From Callorhinchus milii (lineage: Eukaryota), in the NCBI RefSeq assembly GCF_018977255.1, contig NW_024704742.1, positions 131,566,001 through 131,630,000 on the forward strand: a DNA stretch of 64,000 bases, written 5' to 3'. The notes beneath the pieces are model-generated. The model saw nothing but the letters and a program-made list of their open reading frames with translations, was not told the origin of the DNA and did not search any database. Shown here piece after piece: positions 11,028 to 23,968 of the stretch. Position 1 is the stretch's first letter, and the number at the start of each line of letters is the position of its first letter. Both the position numbers and the translations under genes were made by a program.

Positions 11028-13293
11028 TCAGAATTAGGAGTAGGCCATTTGGCCCCTCTAGCCTACCCGCCATTCAATAAGATCATGGCTGATCTATTCT
11101 AACTCCACCTACCCGCCTTATCCCCATATCCCTTTTTCTACAAGAAATCTATCAATCTCAGTCTTGAATATGTTCAAGGACTGAGCATCTACAGCCCTTT
11201 GGGGTAGAGAATTCTATAAATTCACTACTCTCTGAGTGAAGAAGTTTTCCTCAACTCAGTGCCAAAGCACTTACCCTTAATTTTAAGACTCTGACCCCTG
11301 CTTATAGTTTCTCCAACCAGGGGAAAAAGTCTGCCACTATCTATTCCGTCGGGCCCCTTAATAATCTTACAGGTTTCTATAAGATCACCTCTCATTCTTC
11401 TATATTCTAGAGAATATAGGCCTAAATTGCTCAACCAATCCTCATAACTCATCCCCCTCATCCCTGGTATCAACCTACTGAATCTACGTTGTACCTCCTC
11501 CAAGGCGAGTACATCCTTTCTTAAATAAGGAGACCAATACTGCACACAATACTCTAGGTGCAGTCTCACCAGGGCCTTATACATTTGCAGCAAGACTTCC
11601 CTATTCTTATATTCTAACCCTTTTGTAACAAATGCCAACATACCGTTAGCCTTGCTAATTGCTTGCTGTACCTGCAAACTAACTTTTTGTGACTGGTGTA
11701 CAAGGACACCCAAGTCCCTCTGAACGCTAACACTATCTAGTCTCTCTCCTTCTAAAAAGTAATCTGCTCTCCTGTTTTTGCCACCTAGGTGGATGACTTC
11801 ACACTTCCCTACATTATACTTCATCTGCCACTTATTTGCCCATTCGCCTGGCCTATCTATATCTCGTTACATTTTTTTAATGTCATCCTCGGTGTTTACT
11901 CTCCTTCCTATTTAGTGTCATACACTTTGGATATATTAAGTTCGATGTCCTCATTTAGCTCGTTGATGTAGACTGTAAATGGTTGGGGTCCAAGCACTGA
12001 TCCTTGTGGCGCTCCACGAGTCACATCCCGCCAATCTGAGAAACACCTGTTTATCCCTACACTTTGTTTTCTTCCTGTTAGCCATTCTTCAATCCATTCT
12101 AATATATTCCCCTTAATTCCATGGGCCCTAATCCTGTGAATCAACCTTTTATGTAGCATCTTATTGAATACCTTTTGGAAATCTAAATACACTACATCCA
12201 CTGATTTCCCCTTATCTAATCTACTTGATATGTCCTCAAAAAAATCTAAAAGATTTGTTAAGCATGACTTCCCTTTTGTAAAGCCATGTTGACTCTGTCT
12301 AATCATATTGTGATCCTCTAAGTATCCCACTACGACATCCTTAATTAAGGATTCTAGAATTTTCCCTACCACTGATGTCAGACTAACTGGTCTATAGTTC
12401 CCCACCTTTTCTCTCCCACCCTTCTTAAATAGTGGTGTCACGTTTGTGATCTTCCAATCAATGGGAACCGTTCCAGAATCCAAAGAATTTTGGAAGATCA
12501 GACACAAGGCCTCCACTATCTCATGAGCTACCTCTTTTAAAACCCTAGGATGCAAACCATCAGGTCCAGGGGACTTGTCACTTTTTAATGCCAACAATTT
12601 CCCTAGCACCAATTCTTTGCTAATGTAAATTTCCCTAAGTTGCTCCCTATCATTAACCCCTTGGTTCATCTCTATTTCTGGTTAACTTCTTGTGTCTTCT
12701 AACGTGAAGACAGAAGCAAAGTATTTATTTAAGGACTCTTCCATATCCTTATTCCCCCATTATAATCCCTCCTGTCTCTGCCTGTAATGGACCCACAATT
12801 ACTTTTGCGAGCCTATTCCTCTTAATGTATTTATAAAAATGGTTACAATCTGTCTTAATGTTCCTAGCTAGTTATGTTCCTCATAATCCATTTTCTCACT
12901 TTTAATGAGCTTTTTGGGTTTCCTTTGTTGGTCCTTAAAACACTCCCAGTCCTCAGGTTTGCTACTTTTTTTTTTGGCAGTTTTATAGGCCTTTTCTTTT
13001 AATTTTATACTTTCTCTAACTGCTCTAGTTAGCCACAGATGAACTGCTTTCCCTATGATATTCTTATTCCTCAAGGGAATATGTGATTGCTGAGAATTTT
13101 GCACTACATCTTTAAACGTTTGCCATTGTTGGTCTATTGTCATATCCATTAATGTAAGTCCCCAGTCTATTTTAGCTAATTCTTCCCTCATACATGCAAA
13201 GTTAGCTTTATTTAAATTTAAGACCCTTGCTTCGGGTTTGACTATATCACTCTCTAACTTAATACTAAATTCTATCATGTTATGATTACTTAT
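11028..13293 (-). mobile_element. CR1 LINE, 5'-truncated ~2.3 kb, disrupted ORF2 (reverse transcriptase)
   Basis: ORFs 12868-13320, 11908-12669 and 11225-11824 give KSPGPDGLHPRVLKE, NYRPVSLTSVVGK, QHGF, YLDFQK, PQGSVLGP, RLHLEYCVQYWSP, RRMRGDLIE; catalytic FADD degraded to VYD; CR1 3' UTR at ~11030-11130. Confidence 0.95.
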
Positions 13294-13533
13294 GCTCTCC
13301 GTTCTATCATCGATGGCCAACTTTCAACCACTATGCCTTGAAACTCTAGAACACTCTCCCTCAAACCCTCCACCTTGATCTCTCCTTCCCCATCTTCAGG
13401 TTGCGCCTGAAGACTTTCCCCTTTGACTGTGCCCATAGTTACCTCCCTCCTCTATCTGGCTCGGCCACTGTCAAGCACTCTGGGAATCTACCCTGCGTGA
13501 GGGGTGCTATATATAAATGCGTATTGTTGTCAT
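13294..13533 (+). mobile_element. L2 3' fragment; continuation of 10930-11027, split by the CR1
   Basis: The two halves join colinearly when compared with the L2 at 31370-32247. Confidence 0.7.
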
Positions 13534-13599
13534 TGTAACGGGACATGCTAAGTGAGATTGAGAAACTAAACTCAGAGCAATACAGTCAGATAAGTAAAG

Positions 13600-13900
13600 G
13601 TATCAGAATTAGTGGGCACAGGTTTAATAGTAATTTGAGGAAAGACACCAGGAAGTGTATCTTTACCCAGAGAGTACTTAACAATTGGAACAGATTACCA
13701 GGAAGGGTGGTAGAAGACAGGAAGTTATTTAAGAAATGGCTTGATACTGTGATGGAAGATTGAAGTGTATATTCTGTAAGGATCAGTCAACCATAGGAGC
13801 ATGGAGAAAGGGCAGGTAAATGGGACTGAAAGGATGGCTCTTAAAAATGCCAACACAGACACAATGGACTGAATGGCCTTCTGTACTATAAATTTCTATT
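13600..13900 (+). mobile_element. CR1 3' fragments (old)
   Basis: Translation RKCIFTQRVLNNWNRLP and GAATGGCCT 3' UTR motif. Confidence 0.7.
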
Positions 13901-14478
13901 ATACTCAGATTCCAAATAGGTCGAAGGACCTTCTTTATGTGAAGCTCTCTTGTGATTCTGTGAAGTAATCTAATGCCCCTGCAGTGCTATTGTAGCAATT
14001 TCTTTTTCCAAACGTACATCATACAGACCTTTTAGGATGAGAAGGACAAATGCACTTTATTTATTCTTTCCTTCTATGTGATGCTCACAGCTGTCATTCT
14101 CTCTTGTTCACCCTTGGCCAGGAATAAGAATTTGTCTGTCTTTTAAAGTGTTGTGAATTTGATGCTGTGCACTTGCAGAAGAAAATCCTAAAATGTAGTT
14201 ACTACACTTAGTAGCAAGCAAAATTGGTCAGCCAAATAAAATCTTGACTAAGATCTTATAAGTTTACTTATGGACTACATGCTGTGCTTTATTGGAAGTG
14301 ACGTTTTTTTGTAGACTGCTCATATCTAAACGCTGTTCCCATAACTACAGAATTGTGGCTTTTAGTGATCAGAGTGATCAGTGCCTGGGATGTAAGTGGA
14401 TTTGGGGGAGGGGGAAGGGGTGGGGTGGGTGGTGGACTGTGCTGAATAGAATTGCTCCCTCAGAGAAAATGTTAAACT

Positions 14479-14686
14479 GCAGCTCTCCCGCCCCCGCCCT
14501 GCCATATCAACGTTCTGCACCTTACCATTCTGTTGCTAAACCATTTGCTGTTTGTATTTTCCACTTTGAAAATGTGTCTGAGCTGTATGCTAAGCACGCC
14601 TACATTGCAGAAATGATATCACTTTAATATTGTAACCGAAGGCCAAATCTTATCTTGCACGGCTAGACTCTAAAACATTGTTTTTC
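14479..14686 (+). repeat. 208-bp direct duplication, copy 1
   Basis: Identical to 16700-16907 except for 2 substitutions by manual alignment. Confidence 0.95.
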
Positions 14687-14744
14687 AGAGAGAATAGTTA
14701 AACTACTGGACTTGATTTGGCAAAATATCTAACATGCATTACTA

Positions 14745-15090
14745 CAACAACAATTTACATTTAATAGTGCCATTCCAGCAGGATCGCGTCAGAGCACTGA
14801 GGATAGTGTCTGTCTGTATACAGATGCACACACTCTAATTTACATTGACAAAGATCCTTTCACGTCAGGAAGATGATTTACACAGGTGTCTGGGCACCTA
14901 AGCCAGGTTGAAGGGGGAGGTGAGAACTGGAGATGGTGGGAACTGAGGGGAAGATAACCAAAAGAACTATGAAAGCTTGTGGTGGAAGTTGAATGTAGAG
15001 AGGGAGGGGATGAGTTAGAGGGACTCCAGGATAGAATTCCAGACAGCTGAGATGGAATGGCTGAAAGTTCGTCTGCCGATAGTAAGGTGG
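14745..15090 (-). mobile_element. L2 3' fragments (old)
   Basis: CAACAACAATTTACATTT tail and G-rich L2 3' body. Confidence 0.6.
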
Positions 15091-16115
15091 ATAGAGAGTG
15101 TGACTTTGAACGAAATATAGGAGTTGGTCCATTCACCTCCAGTGAGTGAATCAGACTAGAGTGTCTTTGTTAGGTTGTCTCCTGCTGTTCAAGTTTTTTC
15201 ACCATTTGGTGGGATTGAGAAGACACAAATAGTAGGTCTCGTGTGGACCACTTAGTCTCTTTTGTAAATCTCTTTGCTAAGTTACCCTAGAACCCGTTTT
15301 TTCCCAGGTACTTACCCATCTAAAAATTGTGTGTCAAAGTATCATTCCAATTTTTTCAGACATTAAGAGATAATCGTTTTCTACATTAATTTCAATTGCT
15401 CTATTATTGGCCAACGTTACTTTTTTTGTCCCTAAATAGTCATTGCGCATTGTAGTAAAATTCTGTGAAGTGCTTTGAGAACTCCTCCCGAGATTAAATT
15501 GCTATATGAAATATAGAGATTATTAATATAATGTGAAAGCTTCTGAGGTGACCAATTGATATGAGCATGGATGGAGCAGAAATTCCACCCAGGTTTAGAT
15601 TACTCAATTCATTTAGCATCTCAGAGTGTTCAGAATTTGGGAAATTCTTAAATGCCGCCTCAAATTAATATAAAATTCTTAAATCCAGTTAATCCCACCA
15701 CCTGCATCCTCATCTGCACAAATCTCCACACATCCTCACGCAAATCTTCGTCGGTTTCCACTGACCTCTTGGCTCCCAAGGATTGACTTCTAGATCCTTA
15801 TTCTTAGCATTAAATTGGCTGCATATTTTGCCTGCTCCCACTCCCCGTCCTCCATCCCTGTTGACACCAACCTCCCGCTTGGGTGCAAACTGTTCACTGT
15901 TCAGCACCTTGAGACGTCTTCCCGATATGAAAGACTGTATATAAATGCAAGTTGTTGTTGATCCCCCCCCCTTAGAACCTACGTCTACATTTTACCCACA
16001 AATATACAGTCAATTCACTTTACAGTATATTCTGTGAAGTGCTTTGACACGTCTAGAAGACGTGAAAAGCACTATATCAAATGCAAGGATTATTATTATT
16101 GTTATTACCACACTT

Positions 16116-16336
16116 GTGGAGTCCTGTAGCTGAATGGTTAGAGCAATCGGCTCGCAAGTGAGAGATGTGGGTTCAATTCCCAGCAGGGCGAAATATTGGG
16201 CAAGTTCTTTACTCCACATGCCTGATAATACAAGTAGATAGTCAATTCACTTTACAGTATATTCTGTGAAGCGCTTTGAGACTTCTCGAAGATGTTAAAA
16301 TGCACTATATCAAATGAAAGGATTATTATTATTATT
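16116..16336 (+). mobile_element. tRNA-Ala-derived SINE with internal deletion
   Basis: Head GTGGAGTCCTGTAGC, body and (ATT)n tail. Confidence 0.85.
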
Positions 16337-16699
16337 AAGCTCACTTCTCCCTTCTGCCTGGTTTGGAAACCAATCCCTGCATTTGTGAAGCACTCTGAAA
16401 TGTTAACCTACATGGAATGTGCTATATAAATGCAAGGCTATTTTCCATGAGTTTCCTTTTGGAATTACAGAAATTTAGGAATTTCTGTGGAGTTTCCATG
16501 TGTCGGTGGGAAGCATGGAATTCTCAGTTTGGTTAAACATGGTATTCGATTTCCACTGGTGTCAGACACCCAGATAACCTCAAAAAACTATAGAAAACTG
16601 GCTTCAAAGTTGAGACTAGGGTTCAACAATTTGCCAAATTCTGGAAGCTCTGAAATGCTGCATCAATGAAGTAATTCTAGAGCCAAAAGGAATTTCTCA

Positions 16700-16907
16700 G
16701 CAGCTCTCCCACCCCCGCCCTGCCATATCAACGTTCTGTACCTTACCATTCTGTTGCTAAACCATTTGCTGTTTGTATTTTCCACTTTGAAAATGTGTCT
16801 GAGCTGTATGCTAAGCACGCCTACATTGCAGAAATGATATCACTTTAATATTGTAACCGAAGGCCAAATCTTATCTTGCACGGCTAGACTCTAAAACATT
16901 GTTTTTC
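16700..16907 (+). repeat. 208-bp direct duplication, copy 2
   Basis: Matches 14479-14686. Confidence 0.95.
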
Positions 16908-17404
16908 CTCCTCTGCAGATAATACAAAATAACAGTGACACAAATGGACTGACTGTCTTGTTTTCTTATTAGAGAAGTGAGCTAAGCGTTGTTTATTACT
17001 ACTTTGAAAGCTGTTTTTTAAAAAAAACACAGGGAAGTCACAGATTTATGCTGGTGCTGAATGTTAAGTGTTGATGCATTGGGAGCTGACGGTGAGTTCA
17101 GTAATCCATCTCGTCCCTCAGTGACATTAGCGACAAAAATGAAAAGCAATTGTTGTAAATGCGCTGCTGTGTACAGCACACAGGGGGAAATGAGACTCAA
17201 CCTTTGGCCAGTTGGATCTTGTTTTCGTTCTGGAAATACCAAACGTATTGTCTTCTTGTTACAGCACCAAGCTGTGTCTTAAAGTGGTTACTGAGCAGGA
17301 TCGATTAAACCAGGGCTCATTTAAGGACCAGCTTGATGTTGTAATGAGGAGACAGATAGAGTTGGAAGAATGTTATCTAATGGACCAAAGGACTTTCTTC
17401 CTCG

Positions 17405-17645
17405 GAATATAGGAAGAGGAGTAGATCATTCAGACCCTCAAGCCTGTTCTGCCATTTTATTAGATCATGGCTGATCTGTACCTCAACTCCAAATACCTGC
17501 CTTTTCCCCATATCCCTTGATACCCTACGTAACACAAATCTATCCACCTCTGTCTTGAAAATTTAAATAGATCCAGAATTCACTGCCTTTTGAGAGAAAG
17601 AATTCCAGAATTTTGCGTGGAAAAAGTGCTTCCTGATTTCATCCA
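17405..17645 (-). mobile_element. CR1 3' fragment
   Basis: AGATCATGGCTGATC and CCCCATATCCCTTGAT motifs shared with the 11030 and 18050 copies. Confidence 0.8.
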
Positions 17646-18037
17646 AACCTCTCTTGTGGTGTTACCCTGCTGCCTTGTCTTTTCCACCTTTGAAACTTTT
17701 ACAGTAACAATGACAACTTGCATTTATTTGGCCCCCTTCACTTGTGGTAGTGAGTTATGGAGCATAACTCTTAGATGTAGGTAAACATAGGCATTGAACT
17801 GCATTTCTTATATATTTAGTGCTCTCATCTGTACAATGATCCCCAGAATAAAGAATGGGTATAAAGAATTATTAGACACCTGCACTACAGGCACTCTAGT
17901 GCCTATGGGATCTATTCAAAGCAGAGCTGAGATTCTCAGTTATTCTCCAGGAAATGACAGAGACAGGTCTTCTCTGAAATTTTATGAATAATAATCCTTG
18001 CATTTGACATGCTGCCTTTGACTTTGGGAGGACATCC

Positions 18038-18987
18038 CCATAAGACCATAAGACTTGGGAGCATGAGTAGGTTATTCGGCCCCTCGAGCCTGCCCCGCCA
18101 TTTAATATGATCATGGCTGATCTTCTAACCTAATTCCATTTACCTGCACTATCCCATATCCCTTAATCCCTCTATCCTTTAGAAATCTATCGACCTCAGT
18201 CTTGAATATGATCAAGGACTGAGCATCCACAGCCTTCTGGGGTAGAGAATTCCACAAATTCATTACCCTCTGAGTGAAAAAATGTTTCCTCAACTCAGTT
18301 TGAAAAGGCTGACCCTTAATCTTGAGACTATGACCCCTAGTTTTAGATTCTCCAACCAGGGGAAACAGTCTCATGGCATCTAGCCTGTCCAGACCCTTAA
18401 GAATCTTATAGATTTCTATAAGATCACCTCTAATTCTTCTATATTCTAGAGAATATAGGCCTAGTTTACTCAACCTAACCTCATAGGTCAACCCCCACAT
18501 CCCAGGAACCAACCTAGTGAATCTATGCTGCATCTCCTCTAAGGCGAGTATGTCCTTTCCTAAATAAGGAGACCAAAACTGCACACAATATTCTAGGTGG
18601 CAGTCTCACCAAGGCCTTATACAACTGCAGCGAGACTTCACTACTCTTGTACGCTAACCCTTTTGCAACGAATGCCAACATGGCATTAAGCATTCCTAGT
18701 TGCTTGCTGTACCTGCATGCTAACTTTTTGTGACTGGTGTACAAAGATATCCAAATCCCTCTGAACACTAACACTACCTAGTCTCTCCCCCTCTAGAAAA
18801 TAATCTGCGTTTCTATTTTTACTACCTAGGTGAATAAATTCACACTTCCCCATGTTATACTCCATCTGCCACCTTCTTGCCCACTCACCTAGCCTGTCTA
18901 TTTCCCTTTGCATTCTTTGTGTGTCATCCTCACAGCTTATTCTCCCACCTATCTTCATATCGTCCGCAAATTTAGATATGTTAAGTT
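18038..18987 (-). mobile_element. CR1 LINE 3' ~950 bp, frameshifted ORF2 C-terminus
   Basis: FADD encoded at ~18959-18970; ORFs give WQMEYNMGKC, QFWSPYL, RRIRGDLIE, FFTQRVMNLWNSLP. Confidence 0.95.
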
Positions 18988-19582
18988 CTCAAAGCACCTC
19001 ACTGGATATATGCTAAAGTGCAGCGACTGTGTAATGTGAAAGTGCATTTTTTAAGCTTTTCATAATGAACAGTGATTAGGAGTACTAGCTGATTTTCGTC
19101 TCTCTATCCCAGGCTATGTCAGTCTCAATTGCTGAGGTCAGTTAGTTCAATAGCTTTCTTGAGGTGGTCCTAAAACCAGGTTCTGTCCACCTGTTCACGT
19201 TAAACAATTAATAATTCTTGTGGCACTGTTTGAAAAGAGAAGGGATTTTTTCTGGTGTCTTGGCTAACAATAAAATTGCCCATCAATTTTGTGGTTGTTT
19301 GTGAGACATTGCTGTACACAAATTTGGCTGCCACATTTGCCTAGAAAATAAACAATCGCTACAATTTACAATAAATCCCATGAACCGCTTTGACGTCCTC
19401 ATAACACGAAAGGCGCTGTATCAAGTGTTTTAAAAAATGATAATAATGCAAAGAGTTTGAACTTACATACTTTTGGCTCTGTATGGCTGAGTATTGAATC
19501 GGGTTTGAGGAGAATGAGAAGGAGAGGGAGGAAGTGCGGATATGTGATGTCTGTTTTGTAATTGCCATTGTACTGCTAAGTT

Positions 19583-19894
19583 TGTGGAGTCTTGTAACTC
19601 AGTGGTTAGAGCACTCGCTTTTGCAAGCGAGAGACCTGGGTTCAATTCCTGGCAGGGTGAAACCTTGGGCAAGTTTCCTTACTCCACACACCTGATAATA
19701 ATCCCTCAAAAAAAGCAATAATAAATTGGTCATTTCAATCCACGGCTGTTTGTGGGACACTGCTGTGCGCAATTGGCTGCCGCATTTTGCCCACAAATAT
19801 AGGGTCAATACACTTTACATTGTATTCTGTGAAGCACTTTGAGACGTTGAGAAGACGTGAAAAGCGCTATATCAAATGCAAGGATTATTATTAT
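19583..19894 (+). mobile_element. tRNA-Ala-derived SINE, short form, full length
   Basis: A box/B box head, TGC anticodon loop, family body and tail. Confidence 0.92.
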
Positions 19895-20449
19895 TTTTGT
19901 GGTGGTTCTCTGTGAATGTTGCATGGAATCTGTCCAAAACTCTGCAGCCTTATGGTTCCCAATCAATTACACACAGCAAAATGAAGAGAAATCACAAGGG
20001 AATAAATGTCTGAATGTTACAATGAAACATGTATCTGAGCCGCTAACAATCTGTATTGTGTTTTATTTACCGGTAATTTACTGAATCTTAATTTTAAGGC
20101 ACCTGTGTATCCAAAATGTACGGTTTCTTAACCACAGGGAGCAGAATGTATTGCAGATGCAAAAATATGCACTGATCATCAGAGAGAATAATGATTCAGT
20201 GACAATCCATGTCATCTTTGCGCAGAGAAAGGAAATTGTCTACGCTGGCACAATACAAACAATACAGCGATGGAAAGCCAAGGGACTGTTAGTGACAGTT
20301 TCTGTAACTGAAATCATTGCAGATCCTAAATATTTGCATCCTCACATAGCATCTTTATTTTCTCTTGCAATACAATGTTAAGTGGTGGTTTAGCTCGGGG
20401 GGGTGGCTATCCAAGAACTTCAACTGGGCTATCAGTGAGGTGAATAGTC

Positions 20450-20870
20450 ATTTAATCTGGTGAAACCCTCATCCATGCTTTTGGCACCTCCCGCCAGATT
20501 ATTCCAGTGCCCTCCTTGTCGGTCTCCCCTGTTCCGCTATCCACAAAATCCATCTAATTCAAAACTCCACTGCCATATCCTCTCACTCGTTTACAATTCT
20601 CTTCATGCCCTGGCCCCTCTGATTTAATTATGCCCCCCACTCCACCATCAGCAGCCATTCTTTGAGCCACTACGCCCCGAAACTCTGGAACTCAATCCCT
20701 TCGCTTTGCTCATTTTCAGATCATGCTTGAAGACCCTCCCATTCAATGGTGCTTACAGTCACCTCCTCCCTGCTGCCGCTTTGGCATCAGGCTTCTCCAC
20801 TGTTAAACTCTCTGAGATGCTCTTCTGCATGAAGGGCGCTATATAATAATATAAATGCAAGTTGTTGTTT
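20450..20870 (+). mobile_element. L2 fragment
   Basis: Encodes ETLIHAF..SR.DY-like segment and has an L2 tail with TTG repeats. Confidence 0.75.
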
Positions 20871-22442
20871 TCCCAGGGGGTTGGGACATCCTCCTGATGT
20901 GAAGGGCACTATACAAGTGAAATTTTTGTTGTTTTGACTGGGAGAAATATTACAAATGATTTGCCTGCATTTCAAATAGTATTATATACTTTATCATCCC
21001 ATTGAAAGGCATACAGGTTCCTGGTTCAATGTTTCACCAAAAAGATGGCCCCTCTGACTACGCATTGCTTCCTCAGCATTGCATCAGAGAATCAGCCAAA
21101 ACTGTGAGTCCAAGTCCCAATTTGTGAGGCTTCAACCCACAGGCTTGTGGAGCAGGTGTATGTTTAACATCCCTATTCAAAAAAAAAAGGGAGTTTTTAC
21201 TGCAGTCTTATTGACTATTCCCCCCAGATTAGTTGCTATGTTTGTCTGCAATATACTTAACAACAATTACCGTAAAGCACTTTTTGAGAGATTTTGACAT
21301 TATAGGCACTATATCAAATGCAAGCATAATTATTATTATTATAAATGTCTTTTACACTGCCCTGAAAAAAAATCATCAGTTTGGTCCGTGAACATGCAAC
21401 TGCAAACAAATAAAATACGGTATAAAATTACCATATAAACATTTTTTTCATTGCTTCATGTTTTTCTCGACTGAAGACTTTAACTACATTTTGACAAAAA
21501 AGACTGACAGTGGTAATATCTTACTGTGTAATGACAGCCCAGCCCAAGAGCAATGCATAAAAAGGCCTAATTCCTTGGCTTCCCAGGGGATGTCAATACG
21601 TCTAATGGAAAACTGAGGATTGAGATTCGTTAAGTGCATTGCCCTGAGTACAAATGAGTTGTTGCAAGTAAAACTTAACAATTGTGCCATCAGGCTTGGC
21701 TGTATCAGTTCACCGCAGAATGTAATGTAAGCCTATTTCTATATTTTTTTTCTCCGGAGGGAGTTTGGCAACAATCCCTTCCCGCCCCCCCAAAATAAAA
21801 GTGACTATTCACTCTCAATTGGCTGTTTGTACAAATATAATTTTGTTCCTGCTGTTTGTGGGACATTGCTGCATGCAAATTGACTGCTGCATTTGCCCTC
21901 ACAACTCACAGTCACTCCACTTTGCAGTGTATCCTGAGATGAAAGGTGCAAAACCACATGTGAGAATTAATATCATTTCCATCTAGACTTTTGCCTACAG
22001 ATGCAACCTGTGGGGTTCTACAGTGGACCTGAAACACCATATTTGTCTCTCACCTAACCTCAAAAAAAAAATGGGGGACTTATTCAAAACCATAGGATCG
22101 TAGGAAAGAATTGGCTGACTTGAAACGCATGGCATTGAAAAAGTGGAGGATTATGAGAAAAGGTCACCAGCACAAGTTTTAAGGTGCCCCAAAACATTGG
22201 TAGCCATATCACATGCATAACAAGTAGTTCCATATGATATCTACAATACAATAGAATTTACACTTAAACAGCAGCTTTCACATTGAGAGGATGTCTCAAA
22301 GCAATTCTGACTGGACATCCCAACTGAGGGTGGGAAGTGAGGGAATGGAAGAAGCGAAAGGTGACTGAAACTGCCCGGTCAAAGAGCTATGTTTTGAGGC
22401 ATATCTTGAAAGAAGGGAGGAGTAGAATCCTGTGGTGGAGTA

Positions 22443-22742
22443 GTGGAGTCCTGTAGCTCAGTGGTTAGAGCACTCGAGAGACCTGGGTTCGATTCCCGGC
22501 AGGGCAAAATCTTAGGCAAGTTTTCTTACTCCACACACCTGATAATTATCCCTCAAGAAAAAATAAATAAATTGGTCATTTCAATCCATGACTGTTTGTG
22601 GGACACTGCTGTGCGCAATTGGCTGCCGTGTTTCGCCCACAAATATACAGTCGTATCACTTTACAGTATATTCTGTGAAGCGCTTTGAGACGTCTAGAAG
22701 ACGTGAAAAACGCTATATCAAATGCAAGAATTATTATTATTA
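22443..22742 (+). mobile_element. tRNA-Ala-derived SINE, short form (anticodon arm deleted)
   Basis: Family match; CACTCGAGAGACC lacks the anticodon loop. Confidence 0.92.
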
Positions 22743-23588
22743 GAAGGCCCTTAGTAATGGAGATCCAGAGACTGGGTCCAGAAAAGTGGCTGAATGCCTA
22801 CCTGCCAATGGTGGGGCACATAGAAAGGAGAACACAGAGTAAGCCAGTGTCAGCCGAGTGAAAGGAACAGCCAGATTGGTTATGGTGAAGGAGAATGCAG
22901 AGGTAATCCCTTCTAAATAAATAATAATAATGATTTGGTGACTCAATCCATGACGGTTTGTGGGACACTGCTGTGTGCAATTGGCTGCCATGTTTCGCCC
23001 ACAGAATACACAGTCAATTAACTTTGCAGTGTATTCTGTGAAGTGCTTTGAGACATTTCAATGTGAAAAATTGCAATAACAAGTACAAGGATTATTCTTT
23101 ATTATTTTGGGGCGAGACTTAAATGAGGGATTTAAATGTGTGAACAAGGATCATGAACTTGAATGAGGGAATATGAAGGAGAAAGGATTTCTCTGGAAAC
23201 TCAGCAGTCTGGTACAGGTAATGAGGTCAAATTCCTAGACACATTCTATTGTTTTTAATGTCACATAAAGGGTGTGGAGGAGATCCACTTGGATGATAAT
23301 GCTAATAATGATAATGACCCTTGTGTTTGATATAGTCATTATCAGGTTAAAACGATTCGCAGGATTTTGCTTTAAAGGGTAGTGACTGGGTATTTGTGAT
23401 GTCTGCCTAGCTCTGTTGGTACAAGTACAACAGCACAATTTCGGAATAATGGTAGCATCCAAACCTTGCGTTGCATTTAGTGAGGATCATTTTGGGGCAA
23501 AGTTCAGAGGATACGTGCACTTGCGTAGAGGATTGCAGTGTACAAAATGACTGCTATGTCTGCCCACTGTCGCATCTGTTTACATTAT

Positions 23589-23968
23589 GTGGAGTCCTGA
23601 AGCTCAGTGGTTAGAGCACTCACCTCGCAAATGAGAGACCTGGGTTTGATTCCTGGCAGGGCGAAACATTGGGCAAGTTTCCTTACTCTACAAGCCTCTA
23701 TTTACCTAGCTGTAAGGAGGAACACGGTTTTTAGTCAATTAGCGGATCGCTTTTCCCGGGGTAATAATTCCTTTAAAAAATAATAATAAATTGGTCACTC
23801 AATCCAGGACTCTTTGTGGGACACTGCTGTGCGCAATTGGTTGCCAAGTTTTGCCCACAAAATATACAGTCAATTAACTTTACAGTATATTCTGTGAAAT
23901 GCTTTGAGGTGTCTCGAAGACATGATAAGGCGCTATATCAAATATAGTGATTATTTTTGTTATTATTA
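23589..23968 (+). mobile_element. tRNA-Ala-derived SINE, long form, full length
   Basis: Head, TTTACCTAGCTGTAAGGAGGAACAC block, Deu-like 3' part and tail. Confidence 0.9.

Noticed and set aside
11225..13320. Long ORFs (199, 253 and 150 aa) as host genes or an active reverse transcriptase
   Set aside because: They are fragments of CR1 ORF2 with frameshifts, a degraded catalytic motif and no 5' end
14479..16907. LTR retrotransposon or TRIM
   Set aside because: The repeats lack TG..CA ends, and I saw no primer-binding site or polypurine tract; the interior is old mixed repeats
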